This document shows positions 8,837 through 18,830 of a DNA stretch of 64,000 bases, piece after piece. Location of the stretch: positions 64,001 to 128,000 of the IMG/VR virus record IMGVR_UViG_3300033463_000010; one strand, written 5' to 3'. The notes under the pieces are model-generated. The model was not told the DNA's origin. It did not search any database and worked only from the letters and a program-made list of their open reading frames with translations. The position numbers and the translations under genes are program-made. This DNA comes from a virus. Taxonomy: Duplodnaviria > Caudoviricetes. The stretch's first letter is position 1. The number at the start of each line of letters is the position of its first letter.

Positions 8837-11125
8837 ATGCCGATAAATGATAGTGCAGGTGTAGGTGTTTACCTTATTGACAAGTCGCAGCGTTCTTCTG
8901 TCGCTATCGGTTTCCGTTCTGCGGGTGCCATTGAAGCAGACAGGGGACTTTGTAACACGCCAACCTTGATTTCTAGCGAAGACGACTACGTTAAGGCGTT
9001 TGGCACTCCGTCTATGGAGCGTCACGGTCTTGCTGCTATGGAAGCATATTTGCTTGCACAGCGTAAGGTCCCGCAGGTTCTCGTCCGTGCAAAGGACCCG
9101 ACAATGCTCCCGTCGGACACTCCGTTCGGGGCTATGAAGTTTACCGTGGAAGACGGCAAGTTGGTCGTGAACACGATGCTTCCCGCTATTGCGATTGCTT
9201 CCCCTGGTGAAGACAATGAAGCTATGCTCTATTTCAAGGGCGAAGGCGACTACTGTTCCAAAGAACGCAAGAACGTTGTCGTGCGTTTGAGCCAACCTGT
9301 CACGCAGTCTGCTTACGCAAAGGAAGGTCGTTCCGTCCGTGTGCAGTTGTTTGACTTCAACGGTTCCAACCATATTGACGAAGACGTTCCCGCAGAACTC
9401 GCATTCAACCCCGACGTTGCTAACTTGATTTCCGCTACGGGCGATTTCAAGTTGGACGGCTTCCTGGTTGGTTCCGCTGCGGGCAGCGACGCAGGTGCTT
9501 CGGGCGAACACCCCGTAAAGATTACCGCTTTCGTGAACGGTCGTGTTTATAATCTGCCCGACTTTGACTACTCGTCTTTGTTTGACGGCTCCGATTGGGG
9601 TATGTTTGATAAGTTCGCCCAGGCTGCGAAGGGTGCTACCTACGCAGACGGCAAGCCTGTCATTAAGCCGTCCAAAGAAGAAGCCCAGGGTTCCGACGAC
9701 TATTGGGACCTTTCCCTGCTTTACAGCCCTGGTGAAAACGGTGACGGTTCGGGTTCCGACGCTAACGAAAAGTATGGCGTGTATTACCTGTATTCGGGTA
9801 AGGACGGTGGACCGCAGGAACTCAACTGCTTTGGTCTTTCCATTTCGCTTACGGCTACCGTGGAACTCCCGATTGCCGAAGACCCGACTTCTACCCGTAA
9901 ACTCGCCCCTGGCTTCTACGGCTATCCGTGCGGTAGCGTGACGGTTGCGAAGAAGGGTGACGGTTACGTTGCGAAGTTCAACATTAGCACGAACCTTTAC
10001 CTCAAGAACCGCAGCACCTATATGTTTATGGGTGAACAGAATGAGTATTGGGCTTCCTACTACAAGACCTACTGCGTGAATGACTTCGTGGTGTCTATGT
10101 CTTACGACGACTTTGATTCCAACTACGTGTCTATGCAGATGGACGCTGTAATGGGCGGTTCCAAATACCTTGTTCCGAAGTCTAGCGAAATCTTTGGTGA
10201 CTATACCATTGATTACGAACACGACGACATTACGAACAAGCTGCACTACTTTGAGGGTATGATTAAGGCTAACACCATTCCTATGCAGAACAAGTCCTAC
10301 GCTTACTCGCAGGCACTTCAAGTTTTGCTTGGGGACAACCTTACCCGTTGGCGTTGCTTGGCTACTCCGAACTTGGGTGACGTTATGAACCCTGCGGATT
10401 ACATTTCCGCTATCACGGCTTCTAATGAAGCAACTCTCGGCTTGTCTAACATTGGTCGTGCTGCTGCTACGGACGTGTTCGGAAATCTTACGGGTCGCCA
10501 CGGCAACCGCTTTATTGCCGACTACTGTCAGTATGCTTACCGCACTCTTGCGGGAAAGCGGACCGCAGTCACTATGGCTTGCCTTGTCGCAGACTTGCTC
10601 AATAGCCATTACAACGAAGGTATTGAAGCACGTCCCCCGTTTGGCTACAACTATGGTCAAATTGCCTGCTTGTCCTTGTCGCAGCAGTTTAGCGGTCCCG
10701 AACGCAATATGCTTGCAAGACAGCTCAAGATTAACCCTGTTGTTGAAGACGGTGGTTACTACATTTGGGAAGAACGCACGTCGCAGCTTACCGACACGTC
10801 CTTGTCCGACGTTCATTGTATCATATCGTTTCTGTGGATGAAGTTCGCTATCTATGACGCTATGAAGTCTTTCGTGGCTGAATACAACGACCAATCTACT
10901 GTGAACCGTGGTCTTGCAGTTCTCGGTCAGTTGAACCAAAACTTCATTGACAAGAACTACATTGAAGAAGGCATTGTAAGTGCCGACAAGAACGTTATCG
11001 GTGACGAAGTGCTTCGCTTTGACTACGCAATCCGCTTCAAGGGCGTTGCCCGTTTCGTGGACGTTTATATCACCGCATACAGTCAAACGCAGACTTTGGC
11101 TGTGTCGCTCGCACAGGAGGCTTAA
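8837..11125 (+). CDS. Contractile tail sheath protein (T4 gp18-like)
   Basis: N-terminal GVGVYLID..PTLISSEDDYVKAFGTP; C-terminal ERNML..KINPVV..GYYIWEERT..LSDVH pattern typical of sheaths; followed by a tube-sized gene. Confidence 0.88.
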   Translation: MPINDSAGVGVYLIDKSQRSSVAIGFRSAGAIEADRGLCNTPTLISSEDDYVKAFGTPSMERHGLAAMEAYLLAQRKVPQVLVRAKDPTMLPSDTPFGAMKFTVEDGKLVVNTMLPAIAIASPGEDNEAMLYFKGEGDYCSKERKNVVVRLSQPVTQSAYAKEGRSVRVQLFDFNGSNHIDEDVPAELAFNPDVANLISATGDFKLDGFLVGSAAGSDAGASGEHPVKITAFVNGRVYNLPDFDYSSLFDGSDWGMFDKFAQAAKGATYADGKPVIKPSKEEAQGSDDYWDLSLLYSPGENGDGSGSDANEKYGVYYLYSGKDGGPQELNCFGLSISLTATVELPIAEDPTSTRKLAPGFYGYPCGSVTVAKKGDGYVAKFNISTNLYLKNRSTYMFMGEQNEYWASYYKTYCVNDFVVSMSYDDFDSNYVSMQMDAVMGGSKYLVPKSSEIFGDYTIDYEHDDITNKLHYFEGMIKANTIPMQNKSYAYSQALQVLLGDNLTRWRCLATPNLGDVMNPADYISAITASNEATLGLSNIGRAAATDVFGNLTGRHGNRFIADYCQYAYRTLAGKRTAVTMACLVADLLNSHYNEGIEARPPFGYNYGQIACLSLSQQFSGPERNMLARQLKINPVVEDGGYYIWEERTSQLTDTSLSDVHCIISFLWMKFAIYDAMKSFVAEYNDQSTVNRGLAVLGQLNQNFIDKNYIEEGIVSADKNVIGDEVLRFDYAIRFKGVARFVDVYITAYSQTQTLAVSLAQEA

Positions 11126-11128
11126 TCT

Positions 11129-11731
11129 ATGCCACAGAATATCAAGATTAACGAACTGCTTGGCGATGACTTCAAAGAGTATAACTACGCAGTTACGTCT
11201 AATTGGCGTATTGACTTTTCGGGCAGTAATGAGTTCAAGAAACTGCTTGAAGGTGCCCCTGGTGACGACGGGCACCCTGCGGTGTTGAAGCAACTGTCTT
11301 TTGCGTGTCATTCGGATTTTCAGTTTGAAGCCGACGTTGAATACGCAGAAGCCGAAATCAAGGGCATTCACATTTCGCAGGCTGCTTGGCAGGACCGCTT
11401 CATTGACTCGCTGCCGATTGACGTGTATGAAAATATGGACCATAGGGTGTTCAAGGCTCTCGTCCAGGCTGCTAACAAGACTGCGGGCTACTTTAAGCAC
11501 CGTGATATTGCTGCGAAGACGGAATACACCTTTGACGGTATCACGCTTACCGCTTTGGGCAACACCGTTGACGGTTCCGAACCGTCTAACGCAATCGTGT
11601 ATCACTTGAAGGGTGTGCAGATTAAAAAGGTGCAGTCCCCGAACTACACCTCCGACGCTGCCGAAATCGGCTCCGTGCAACTTGAACTCAAGGCACACGG
11701 TTGGACGATTGGCGACGACGGCACGACCTAA
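11129..11731 (+). CDS. Tail tube protein
   Basis: 200 aa, beta-rich, immediately after the sheath, followed by a strong terminator. Confidence 0.7.
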   Translation: MPQNIKINELLGDDFKEYNYAVTSNWRIDFSGSNEFKKLLEGAPGDDGHPAVLKQLSFACHSDFQFEADVEYAEAEIKGIHISQAAWQDRFIDSLPIDVYENMDHRVFKALVQAANKTAGYFKHRDIAAKTEYTFDGITLTALGNTVDGSEPSNAIVYHLKGVQIKKVQSPNYTSDAAEIGSVQLELKAHGWTIGDDGTT

Positions 11732-11751
11732 TCGCCCCGTGTAATTGTTGC

Positions 11752-11788
11752 AAAATGCCCCGCTCATTTCGTATGGGTGGGGCATTTT
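11752..11788 (+). terminator. Intrinsic terminator of the sheath-tube operon
   Basis: aaaatgcccc...ggggcatttt stem with a ttcg-containing loop. Confidence 0.75.
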
Positions 11789-11815
11789 CTATGCAGAATA
11801 ATGTATATTTAGGCT

Positions 11816-13111
11816 ATGAAGACGTTGAAACTAGCCATAACGAATAACCCCGACCTGTCGGATGTTATAAGAGTGTATAGCAGTATGTTCCGTATGGCTT
11901 ACAATCGTCTTCAAGAGGGTTGTTCCGAGAATACTACGTGGCACAAAATTAAAGAAATTTTCGGTGTAAACTGTTGGCTTGCCTCGTCTGCTGCAAAGGA
12001 AGCACACGGGGTAGTTACGCTTAACAAGGGTAAGAAAGTCTTGTTTGGGGGTAAGTGGAACTTAAAGCAATACCTTAAAGGCTTGATTACCAAAGAGCAG
12101 TTTAAGCATAAGCGGTTGGTGCCCTTATGCAGTATAGGGGAAAAACAATATGCAGGGAACCGCCTGTTTGACTTTGACTTTAATAATCGGACTGTTGTGT
12201 TCAAGCCTGGTAACGGTGTCCGTAAGGAAATACAGTTCTGCCCCGTTAAGAAGAAACTAGCACAAGAGTTAGCCAAAGTTCAAGAGTTAGCCGAACAGAA
12301 GAAAATGCCCGTGACCGTGAAGTTCACGGACAAGCATTTATACCTTACTTACGACGAATCCTTGATTTATAACGAAGCATACAAGAACTTAAAGCACAAC
12401 CGTGTTTTGGGAATAGATATGAACCCCAATTATGTCGGGGTTTCCGTTATTGAGTTTGATAAGAACGACGAATTTAAAATACTGCACAAGGTAGTGTTTG
12501 ACCTAACCGCACTTACGAAGCCTAGCGGTAAGGCAAGCACGGATAAGAAATCCAAATACTTTACGAACAAGCTGAAGCACGAAACTATCGCTATTGCTCA
12601 CAAGATTAACAAGTTGGTGGACTATTGGAAGTGTAGTAAACTAGCCATTGAAGACCTGTCTATAAAACCGAAAGACCAAAATAAGGGCAGGACGTTTAAT
12701 CGCTTGTGTAATAACAGGTGGGAACGTCAACTGTTCGTGAACAAGCTGAAAATGTTGGCTAATATCCACAGGTATGAGCTAGTTGAAGTCAATCCTGCCT
12801 ATTCTTCAATCGTGGGCAACTTTGCATACGGTAGTCCCGATACTCCCGATATGGTTGCGTCCTCTATTGAAATAGCACGTAGGGCTTACAAGAAATTTGA
12901 GAAGGGATGGTTCTATCCCGGGTTTAACGTTGAACGAACAGACGAGCAATGGAAGCAAACGCTGTCGGGAGTGAAAACCTGGAAAGAACTGTTCCGAAAA
13001 GTCAAAGAAACGGGACTCAAATACCGTTTCCTGCTATCCGACTATGTTGGAAATGTAGTCTTGAGTATCTTCTATAGTAAACAGAAGTGGAAATTACTAC
13101 TTTTTAATTAA
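11816..13111 (+). CDS. tnpB: TnpB/Cas12f-like RuvC nuclease lacking a zinc finger (copy A)
   Basis: RVLGIDMNP (D), LAIEDL (E), VNPAYSSIVG, PDMVASS (D); AT-richer than neighbours; inserted in the tail operon. Confidence 0.85.
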   Translation: MKTLKLAITNNPDLSDVIRVYSSMFRMAYNRLQEGCSENTTWHKIKEIFGVNCWLASSAAKEAHGVVTLNKGKKVLFGGKWNLKQYLKGLITKEQFKHKRLVPLCSIGEKQYAGNRLFDFDFNNRTVVFKPGNGVRKEIQFCPVKKKLAQELAKVQELAEQKKMPVTVKFTDKHLYLTYDESLIYNEAYKNLKHNRVLGIDMNPNYVGVSVIEFDKNDEFKILHKVVFDLTALTKPSGKASTDKKSKYFTNKLKHETIAIAHKINKLVDYWKCSKLAIEDLSIKPKDQNKGRTFNRLCNNRWERQLFVNKLKMLANIHRYELVEVNPAYSSIVGNFAYGSPDTPDMVASSIEIARRAYKKFEKGWFYPGFNVERTDEQWKQTLSGVKTWKELFRKVKETGLKYRFLLSDYVGNVVLSIFYSKQKWKLLLFN

Positions 13112-13123
13112 AGGAGATATACT

Positions 13124-13546
13124 TTGGCATTTAACGTAAGAAACGGACTGTCAATCCAATCTGCGATTGATACGACATTTTTAGACACGGCACATTTTGA
13201 CGCAGAATGTGAGTTCCCCCGTGGTTTTGACGAACTGAATAAGTTGGCAATATCCACGGTTGGGGGTCTTCGCCCGTTCATTCTTGAAGACGGTCAGTTA
13301 AAGACCCAGGAATTTACCGTTGAAGCCTACGTGTCTAATAAACAAGATATGCTGCTGCGTTCGCTTTATACGGCAACCGCCCACCCAGGCTACATAGATT
13401 TACGGTTGCCCATAACGCTAATGTGGGGTCACGAAGACAACCCTATGCAGCTAAAATGCTATCTTGCTAAATATGAACCACCCGAATCGGTGTCCTACAA
13501 GGACGCTGAAATCCTGGACGTAAAACTTACGCTACGGGCAATTTAA
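13124..13546 (+). CDS. Putative tail tube-like/baseplate protein
   Basis: AAGGAG RBS with TTG start; position in the tail module. Confidence 0.5.
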   Translation: MAFNVRNGLSIQSAIDTTFLDTAHFDAECEFPRGFDELNKLAISTVGGLRPFILEDGQLKTQEFTVEAYVSNKQDMLLRSLYTATAHPGYIDLRLPITLMWGHEDNPMQLKCYLAKYEPPESVSYKDAEILDVKLTLRAI

Positions 13547-13561
13547 CAACCGAGGTAACAA

Positions 13562-14308
13562 ATGCTAATTCCTGTAAACTCCCTGCCGTCCAACTTCAAG
13601 CCTTACAAATTCAAGTCTTTCAAAATGAAAGCTATGAGTTTGCAGCAGGCGATTGATTTGGGCAAGAACCCGTCTTTGAAAGACATTGTGAAACTCTTGC
13701 AGACGCTTGTGGGCGACGAAATTGACGCAAGCGTTCTCGTCCCTGTGGACGTTAAGTATCTTGTAGCTATGCTTGCGTTCCACGCATACCCGAAGCAGAA
13801 GTGGGACCTGGAACTTACTTGCCCGCACTGTAAGGAAAAACACAAGCGGGCTATCACTATGAGCGATTTCCCGCCTGTTCCTAGCCTTGCAGCGGACGAC
13901 CCCTATCCGCTCACCATTGACGACGGGAAGCACGTTTGGGAATTGGGCTATGCGTCCGTTGACGCTTGGGAAGAAATGGTTAGTAAGTTGGGTATCACAA
14001 AGGACACCGACCTGGACGATTTGGACCCTGCACAGTATATTGACATTGTGGCTCCGTATATCCTGTCTGTTGACGGCAAGAATGAACGGACCCGTGAAAC
14101 GCTTTTGGAAATTGACGACTTCGGCATTTTGAACCTTATGCTTGAAGCTATCAAAACCTACTTCCTGGATGACACGCAGGCTGAATTTGAATGCCCGAAG
14201 TGCAAGAAAAAGTATAGCGTGTCGTTGAGTGCGGTTGAGGTCACTCAATACACCCCGTTTCTTGACAAGACAGCGGTTAGCAAGTATAAGACTAATTTTA
14301 GGCTTTGA
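13562..14308 (+). CDS. Baseplate hub assembly/tail chaperone (T4 gp26-like)
   Basis: LPS..PY N-terminus; CPHC and CPKC motifs; upstream of the tape measure gene. Confidence 0.65.
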   Translation: MLIPVNSLPSNFKPYKFKSFKMKAMSLQQAIDLGKNPSLKDIVKLLQTLVGDEIDASVLVPVDVKYLVAMLAFHAYPKQKWDLELTCPHCKEKHKRAITMSDFPPVPSLAADDPYPLTIDDGKHVWELGYASVDAWEEMVSKLGITKDTDLDDLDPAQYIDIVAPYILSVDGKNERTRETLLEIDDFGILNLMLEAIKTYFLDDTQAEFECPKCKKKYSVSLSAVEVTQYTPFLDKTAVSKYKTNFRL

Positions 14309-14315
14309 CCTTGAT

Positions 14316-14420
14316 ATGAGCAAGTCCGTAGCCGAAGTGGAAGACTACTTGCGGGCTAGGGAAGAAATGCTTGAAAAGGAAAAGAAGCAGGCGAAAGAAA
14401 AGAAACCTATGAGGCGGTAA
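14316..14420 (+). CDS. Short charged ORF (gp51/GT-like; possibly reached by +1 frameshift)
   Basis: Fills the gap before the tape measure gene; +1 frame relative to the upstream ORF; no clear SD. Confidence 0.5.
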   Translation: MSKSVAEVEDYLRAREEMLEKEKKQAKEKKPMRR

Positions 14421-14425
14421 CTGTT

Positions 14426-16411
14426 ATGGCGACCTTGTTTGAAAAAATGGTGGAGTTGAAAGAAAAGCGGGAAAGCCTTTCTAATCAAGGTGGACCGTTC
14501 GCTAAAACTTTGGATAAAACCATAGCGGGTATGAAGACAGTTGCTTCTGCCGTGGATAGGTTGCAGCTTGCCGTAAAGGACCAAATCGCTGCTAATGCCC
14601 TGGCAAAGAAGACAGGCGAAGCTACGGACGTTCAACAGTCTATCCGTGATTTCTTACAAAGGAAAATCGCAGAAGACGATATTGAACGGGAACGCCACAA
14701 GCGTATGATGGATATGGCTGAAAGCCTTGTCCCGAAAGTAAACGACGAACAACTGAAAGCGTTCCGCTTGCAGCAGTTGGTCGCCCGTGAGCATAAGAAG
14801 ACGCTTGAAGCTACCGTTGAAATTGAGAAGAAGAAATACGACCTGCAAAAGAAATCTGCCGAAGAAATGCAGAAGCGTCGTATCAAGGCGATAGAAGCGG
14901 AACGTGCCGAAGCTAATTTTGCCATTAAGGACAAATACGGGACGATTGAATCTGCTATCGCAGGTCTAGGTAATTCGGGCGGGGATTCTCTCGGCAAGTT
15001 CCTTGTGGCGGGTCTAGGTCGCTACGTCAAGGAACGTAAAGAAACCCCGATTGAGGAAGCTACCAAAGAAAAATACGACGCTCTTGTAAATCAGCAGAAC
15101 CGTATTGCCGAGGGCAAAAAGGCTTTGGCTGACAAGGAATTTGGCGTAAAGCAGGCAGACATTACCGAAGACTTCGCTATCCGTGCTGCAAAGCAGGGAA
15201 TAGCGGACCCTGGTTCCGCAGCCAGGTTGTATGCAGAACGGGCACAGAACGTCAAGGCTATCGCAGGTGAGGGCGAGAACCTTGAGAAACAGTTGATTTC
15301 GGGTAAGCCAAAGTTCAATGCCCCTGGAATTGAAAAGGCTGTGCGTGAAGTAGCCCAGGCTGTGAACAAGCCGAAGGAAGTATTGCCCGCAGAAGCCCCG
15401 ACGCTTACACGCAGGGGTATTGAAGCAAACGTGGAACAGGCTACGGCTCCGCAAGCCGAAGTCACGAAGCCCGCTCCGAAAGCCGAAGTGACGAAGCCTG
15501 CCGAACCTGCACCCAGGGTCGTTCCCGAAGAACGCCCCGAAATTGCGTCCACGCTTAAATCGGAAATCCCGAAGAAGGCTCCCGAAGCTAAACCTGCTCC
15601 GAAGAACGCCAGGTTCACGAAAGCCCCTAGACAAAGTTCACCGTTGCTTACTCCCGTCGTAAGGCGTAACGCAGCACCGCAGGCTACCGTGACTAATCCC
15701 GCTTCTACGGGTGTGTTCGGCAGCAAATCGGGTGCCGTGAACTTCAGCGGTATCGGCAAGTCGTTGGGCGGTATCGTTTCAAAGTTGGGGACTATCGCCA
15801 CGTCCGCTGTAAAGTTCCTGGGTCCCTGGGCGTTGGTAGCTAATGCCATTATGTCTTTTGACAGGCTTGTTCCCGTGGTGAGCGGGTTGGCAAGTTCTGT
15901 TATGGATATGACAAAGCTAATAATGCCCTTGATAGTGTCGTCCATAATTGAATCGGGGGCACAGATACTAGGTGGCATTAACGGCTTGATTGAGCTGTTT
16001 GACCACAGCCGTCTGTTTGGTCGTGGTTGGTATAAGGACAACGAAGTTCAATCTATGATTTCGGAAAAGTCCGCAGCGGTTGAAAAAGAAAAGGAAATGC
16101 AGCGTAAGACCAGGCGTGAAGTCACGAACGGTCCAGGCTTCATAGATACTACGTCCGCAAATACCCGTGGGGTCCGTGCTACCGTTATCCGCAGGGAAAC
16201 CGCTCTCACGTCCCCGACCGAAGCTAACGCTATTATGGAACAGTCCAGGGCTGCACAGGCACCCGCACAGCCCGATTACCAGGTTGCCGATTGGCGTAAT
16301 CAGCGTGAACAGAACGAAGCCTTGCGTGACGCTGTTAGGGAGTCTGCAAAGAACCCTGGCACTACTCCGATTATGGTTGCTAACCCTGCTATGGCTCCGT
16401 GGTTTGCCTAA
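14426..16411 (+). CDS. Tape measure-like protein
   Basis: Long helical A/K/E-rich protein with a G-rich hydrophobic segment (GKSLGGIVSKLG..FLGPW); follows the chaperone. Confidence 0.65.
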   Translation: MATLFEKMVELKEKRESLSNQGGPFAKTLDKTIAGMKTVASAVDRLQLAVKDQIAANALAKKTGEATDVQQSIRDFLQRKIAEDDIERERHKRMMDMAESLVPKVNDEQLKAFRLQQLVAREHKKTLEATVEIEKKKYDLQKKSAEEMQKRRIKAIEAERAEANFAIKDKYGTIESAIAGLGNSGGDSLGKFLVAGLGRYVKERKETPIEEATKEKYDALVNQQNRIAEGKKALADKEFGVKQADITEDFAIRAAKQGIADPGSAARLYAERAQNVKAIAGEGENLEKQLISGKPKFNAPGIEKAVREVAQAVNKPKEVLPAEAPTLTRRGIEANVEQATAPQAEVTKPAPKAEVTKPAEPAPRVVPEERPEIASTLKSEIPKKAPEAKPAPKNARFTKAPRQSSPLLTPVVRRNAAPQATVTNPASTGVFGSKSGAVNFSGIGKSLGGIVSKLGTIATSAVKFLGPWALVANAIMSFDRLVPVVSGLASSVMDMTKLIMPLIVSSIIESGAQILGGINGLIELFDHSRLFGRGWYKDNEVQSMISEKSAAVEKEKEMQRKTRREVTNGPGFIDTTSANTRGVRATVIRRETALTSPTEANAIMEQSRAAQAPAQPDYQVADWRNQREQNEALRDAVRESAKNPGTTPIMVANPAMAPWFA

Positions 16412-16423
16412 TGAGGTTGTGTA

Positions 16424-17347
16424 ATGGAACAGACTATTGAATCACAGGAATTTCGTAGGCTCGCCCGTGCGAACTGCTATCGCTACGGGTGCCTCTATAT
16501 TTACTCCGACAAGTATGTTTCACTTGACGAACACAACTTCCCGAACTACCAATGCAGGGAAGGCACGGGTTCTATTGAGAAGTTTCTTACCTTGATACAA
16601 AGCCTGGGTGCGAACGCAGGCGGTAACGACCCGAAAAGCAAGCTATCAAAACCGCTGCCAGGTGTTCAATGGCAGGGCGACAGGTTGGAGCTGTCTATCA
16701 GCCTTGACGGTGTAATGTATTTCACGGACTACCGTGACTATACCACGGTTAAGAAAAACCTGCGTTCCGAAATGTTGGCACAGGGTTGGAAGCAGTTTAC
16801 TTCTAGCAGCCAACTCTTGAATATGAGTTTGGCTTCCTACAAGCCCGCCCGTGGTGGCGACGACGCTCTTTACAACGACGACCCTATGGACGCTGCGGGA
16901 ATGGCTATGATGACTTCGGCTATGCAGCACACGTCCGCACAGGCACAGATTACCGTTGGCTATGCCACAGGCAACAAAGAAATGTATGCCGAGGGCAAGG
17001 CACGTTCGGGGGCTTCTATGTCGGGTCAGTCCGCAGGCGTTCCCGTTATCGGTGGGGCTATCGGCATTGGTGCGAATATGCAGGCGGGTTTGGAAGCTAT
17101 GGGTTCCAATATGAACAGCGGTGTGGCGGGCAAGTGGATGACCGCAGGGCACCCCGTAGAACTTATTATTGAGGGGCAGGTCGCCCGTCAAAGCGTGAAC
17201 GGGGTCCTCACGTCCGCAAAGTTCACGGAAAAGGATTACGTGGTGGACGACACGTCGGGCGGTAATGTCTATCCTACCGCTATGGACGTGAGCATTACCA
17301 TTACGAATATGTATGGCTCTTTGTATAACACTTCTTCTAGCGGGTAA
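16424..17347 (+). CDS. Putative baseplate/tail-tube initiator
   Basis: GAGG RBS; synteny; C-terminal GVLTSAKFT..YPTAMDVSITI tube-fold-like pattern. Confidence 0.5.
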   Translation: MEQTIESQEFRRLARANCYRYGCLYIYSDKYVSLDEHNFPNYQCREGTGSIEKFLTLIQSLGANAGGNDPKSKLSKPLPGVQWQGDRLELSISLDGVMYFTDYRDYTTVKKNLRSEMLAQGWKQFTSSSQLLNMSLASYKPARGGDDALYNDDPMDAAGMAMMTSAMQHTSAQAQITVGYATGNKEMYAEGKARSGASMSGQSAGVPVIGGAIGIGANMQAGLEAMGSNMNSGVAGKWMTAGHPVELIIEGQVARQSVNGVLTSAKFTEKDYVVDDTSGGNVYPTAMDVSITITNMYGSLYNTSSSG

Positions 17348-17350
17348 TGT

Positions 17351-17617
17351 ATGGCAGACTCTAAAACGATTGAACGGTTCCTGGATAACAACAGCGGAAT
17401 GAACCCGCAGTGCGTTATGGGTTACGTCGTGGTGGCTGACTTGAAGACACGCTACCGTCCCGACAAGTTGTTCCCCAGGGACCAATACTTAAAATGGGAT
17501 ATGATTTACAACGGTATAGACACCCCGCACCGTTTGGCTAGGGGTGCTGCCGTTGCACCTGTTGACAGGACGTGGCTTGCCACGGAATTGAACGAACAAA
17601 AGGATTTCAAGATATAA
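17351..17617 (+). CDS. Putative baseplate wedge/tail X (gp53-like) protein
   Basis: RPDKL..W...YNGI motif; synteny. Confidence 0.45.
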   Translation: MADSKTIERFLDNNSGMNPQCVMGYVVVADLKTRYRPDKLFPRDQYLKWDMIYNGIDTPHRLARGAAVAPVDRTWLATELNEQKDFKI

Positions 17618-18420
17618 TGATTGGTTGCGACCTCGGAAACATTGACGAAGTTATAGTCCGCAGGGCTTTGTCGGGCTACACCTTTGCGGAATTTGCCGTC
17701 CCTATGGCTTCTTACTCCGATTCACCGAAGTTCACGCTTACGATTGACGACGTGAAAAAGGAATACAAGGTGGCGGGCAGCGAAGTGTATATGCACGTTG
17801 GCGAGAAGACCCAGGTCAAGATTTCTGCCCTGCTAGGTTCCCAGGAAAAGTGGATGCAGTCTTCGCCTATGTCCGTTGAAAGTGCCGAAGCTGCCGAAAT
17901 TCTAAAAGGTCTAGGTATTGCCGACGGACCTAAAATCCCGATTACGTTCTTGAACCTGTTTTTGAATAACGGGCAGTTGGCTATCCTGCTTGCGAATATG
18001 TCCCCGAAATTTGCTTTCGTGGACTTTGAAAAGGAAAAGGTAGTTTACTATTCCGACCTGTATAAGCAGAAGCCCGTCCAGGTCCAGGTCCCGTTCCGTC
18101 GCCTTTACGGGCGTTCCCCGATTGCGGGGTTTATCGGTTGGGAAGAATCGGTCACGGGTTCCTATCCCGACGACGCACAGACTATTCTGCCGTTCGGACA
18201 GTTCACGAATACGGACCAGGCTGTTATGAGTAACGTGGTGAACAACTGCAACGAAATCGCAAAGCTGTTTAGCGATATGCAGATTTTCACATACTCGCAG
18301 CTTTTGGAAATCGGGTCCACGGTCGTTAGTTCCTTGACTTACGACAAGAAAGTAATCGTTGCGTCCGAAGAACACTACGACAAGAACAGCAACGTTTCGG
18401 CAGTCTATTACTGTATGTAA
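17617..18420 (+). CDS. Putative baseplate hub protein
   Basis: ATG overlaps the upstream TAA (TAATG); end of the tail operon. Confidence 0.45.
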   Translation: MIGCDLGNIDEVIVRRALSGYTFAEFAVPMASYSDSPKFTLTIDDVKKEYKVAGSEVYMHVGEKTQVKISALLGSQEKWMQSSPMSVESAEAAEILKGLGIADGPKIPITFLNLFLNNGQLAILLANMSPKFAFVDFEKEKVVYYSDLYKQKPVQVQVPFRRLYGRSPIAGFIGWEESVTGSYPDDAQTILPFGQFTNTDQAVMSNVVNNCNEIAKLFSDMQIFTYSQLLEIGSTVVSSLTYDKKVIVASEEHYDKNSNVSAVYYCM

Positions 18421-18445
18421 TAAAAATATAACATTTATTTTTGAG

Positions 18446-18482
18446 AATACCTGTTGACGTATAGTAGGTAATTTGTTATATT
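18446..18482 (+). promoter_or_regulatory. Early sigma70-like promoter (inverted-repeat class)
   Basis: TTGACG-17-TATATT with aatacctg/taggtaat flanks. Confidence 0.8.
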
Positions 18483-18515
18483 ATGGTTTTGGATAACCAA
18501 CCGAGGAAAATCATT

Positions 18516-18830
18516 ATGGCAAAATACACTACATTCTCTTTTACCGTGGACGACCTGTTTAACGGTTTGAACAACTCCGACAACTTCACGTCCGTCCAGG
18601 TTCGGACCAGGGATTACAGCGACGGGTATAACCGCATTATGGCTGCTGCAAAGGCACAGTTCGCAGAGGGGACTACGCTTCGCTATGACGTGACGGAAGG
18701 CTGCGTTGATGATTCCAGGTTCGTAATGGACGGTTCCCGTTATACGGTCGTGCAGAGCAAGGACTTTTTCAAACGCCCGCTTCCTGCTACCCTTGAAGAA
18801 TACCGAAACGCAGACAAGAACGACGGCTAG
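18516..18830 (+). CDS. Hypothetical early protein
   Basis: ACCGAGGA RBS; ATG at 18516. Confidence 0.7.
   Translation: MAKYTTFSFTVDDLFNGLNNSDNFTSVQVRTRDYSDGYNRIMAAAKAQFAEGTTLRYDVTEGCVDDSRFVMDGSRYTVVQSKDFFKRPLPATLEEYRNADKNDG

Noticed and set aside
8816-11785. 989-aa minus-strand ORF, and similar long antisense ORFs (e.g. 5222..6310, 15091..16041, 22792..23730)
   Set aside because: Shadow ORFs opposite well-supported genes; codon bias against TTA/CTA/TCA removes antisense stops; no recognisable motifs
11816-13111. Nuclease-dead TldR/dCas12f regulator targeting the repeated promoter
   Set aside because: The catalytic D/E/D residues appear intact and the putative guides do not match the promoter motif; a 9-nt tatagtaaa match at ~41238 is compatible with chance
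15440-15510. AEVTKPA repeat in the tape measure gene (and EPQ repeats at ~27150)
   Set aside because: Ordinary low-complexity linker duplications
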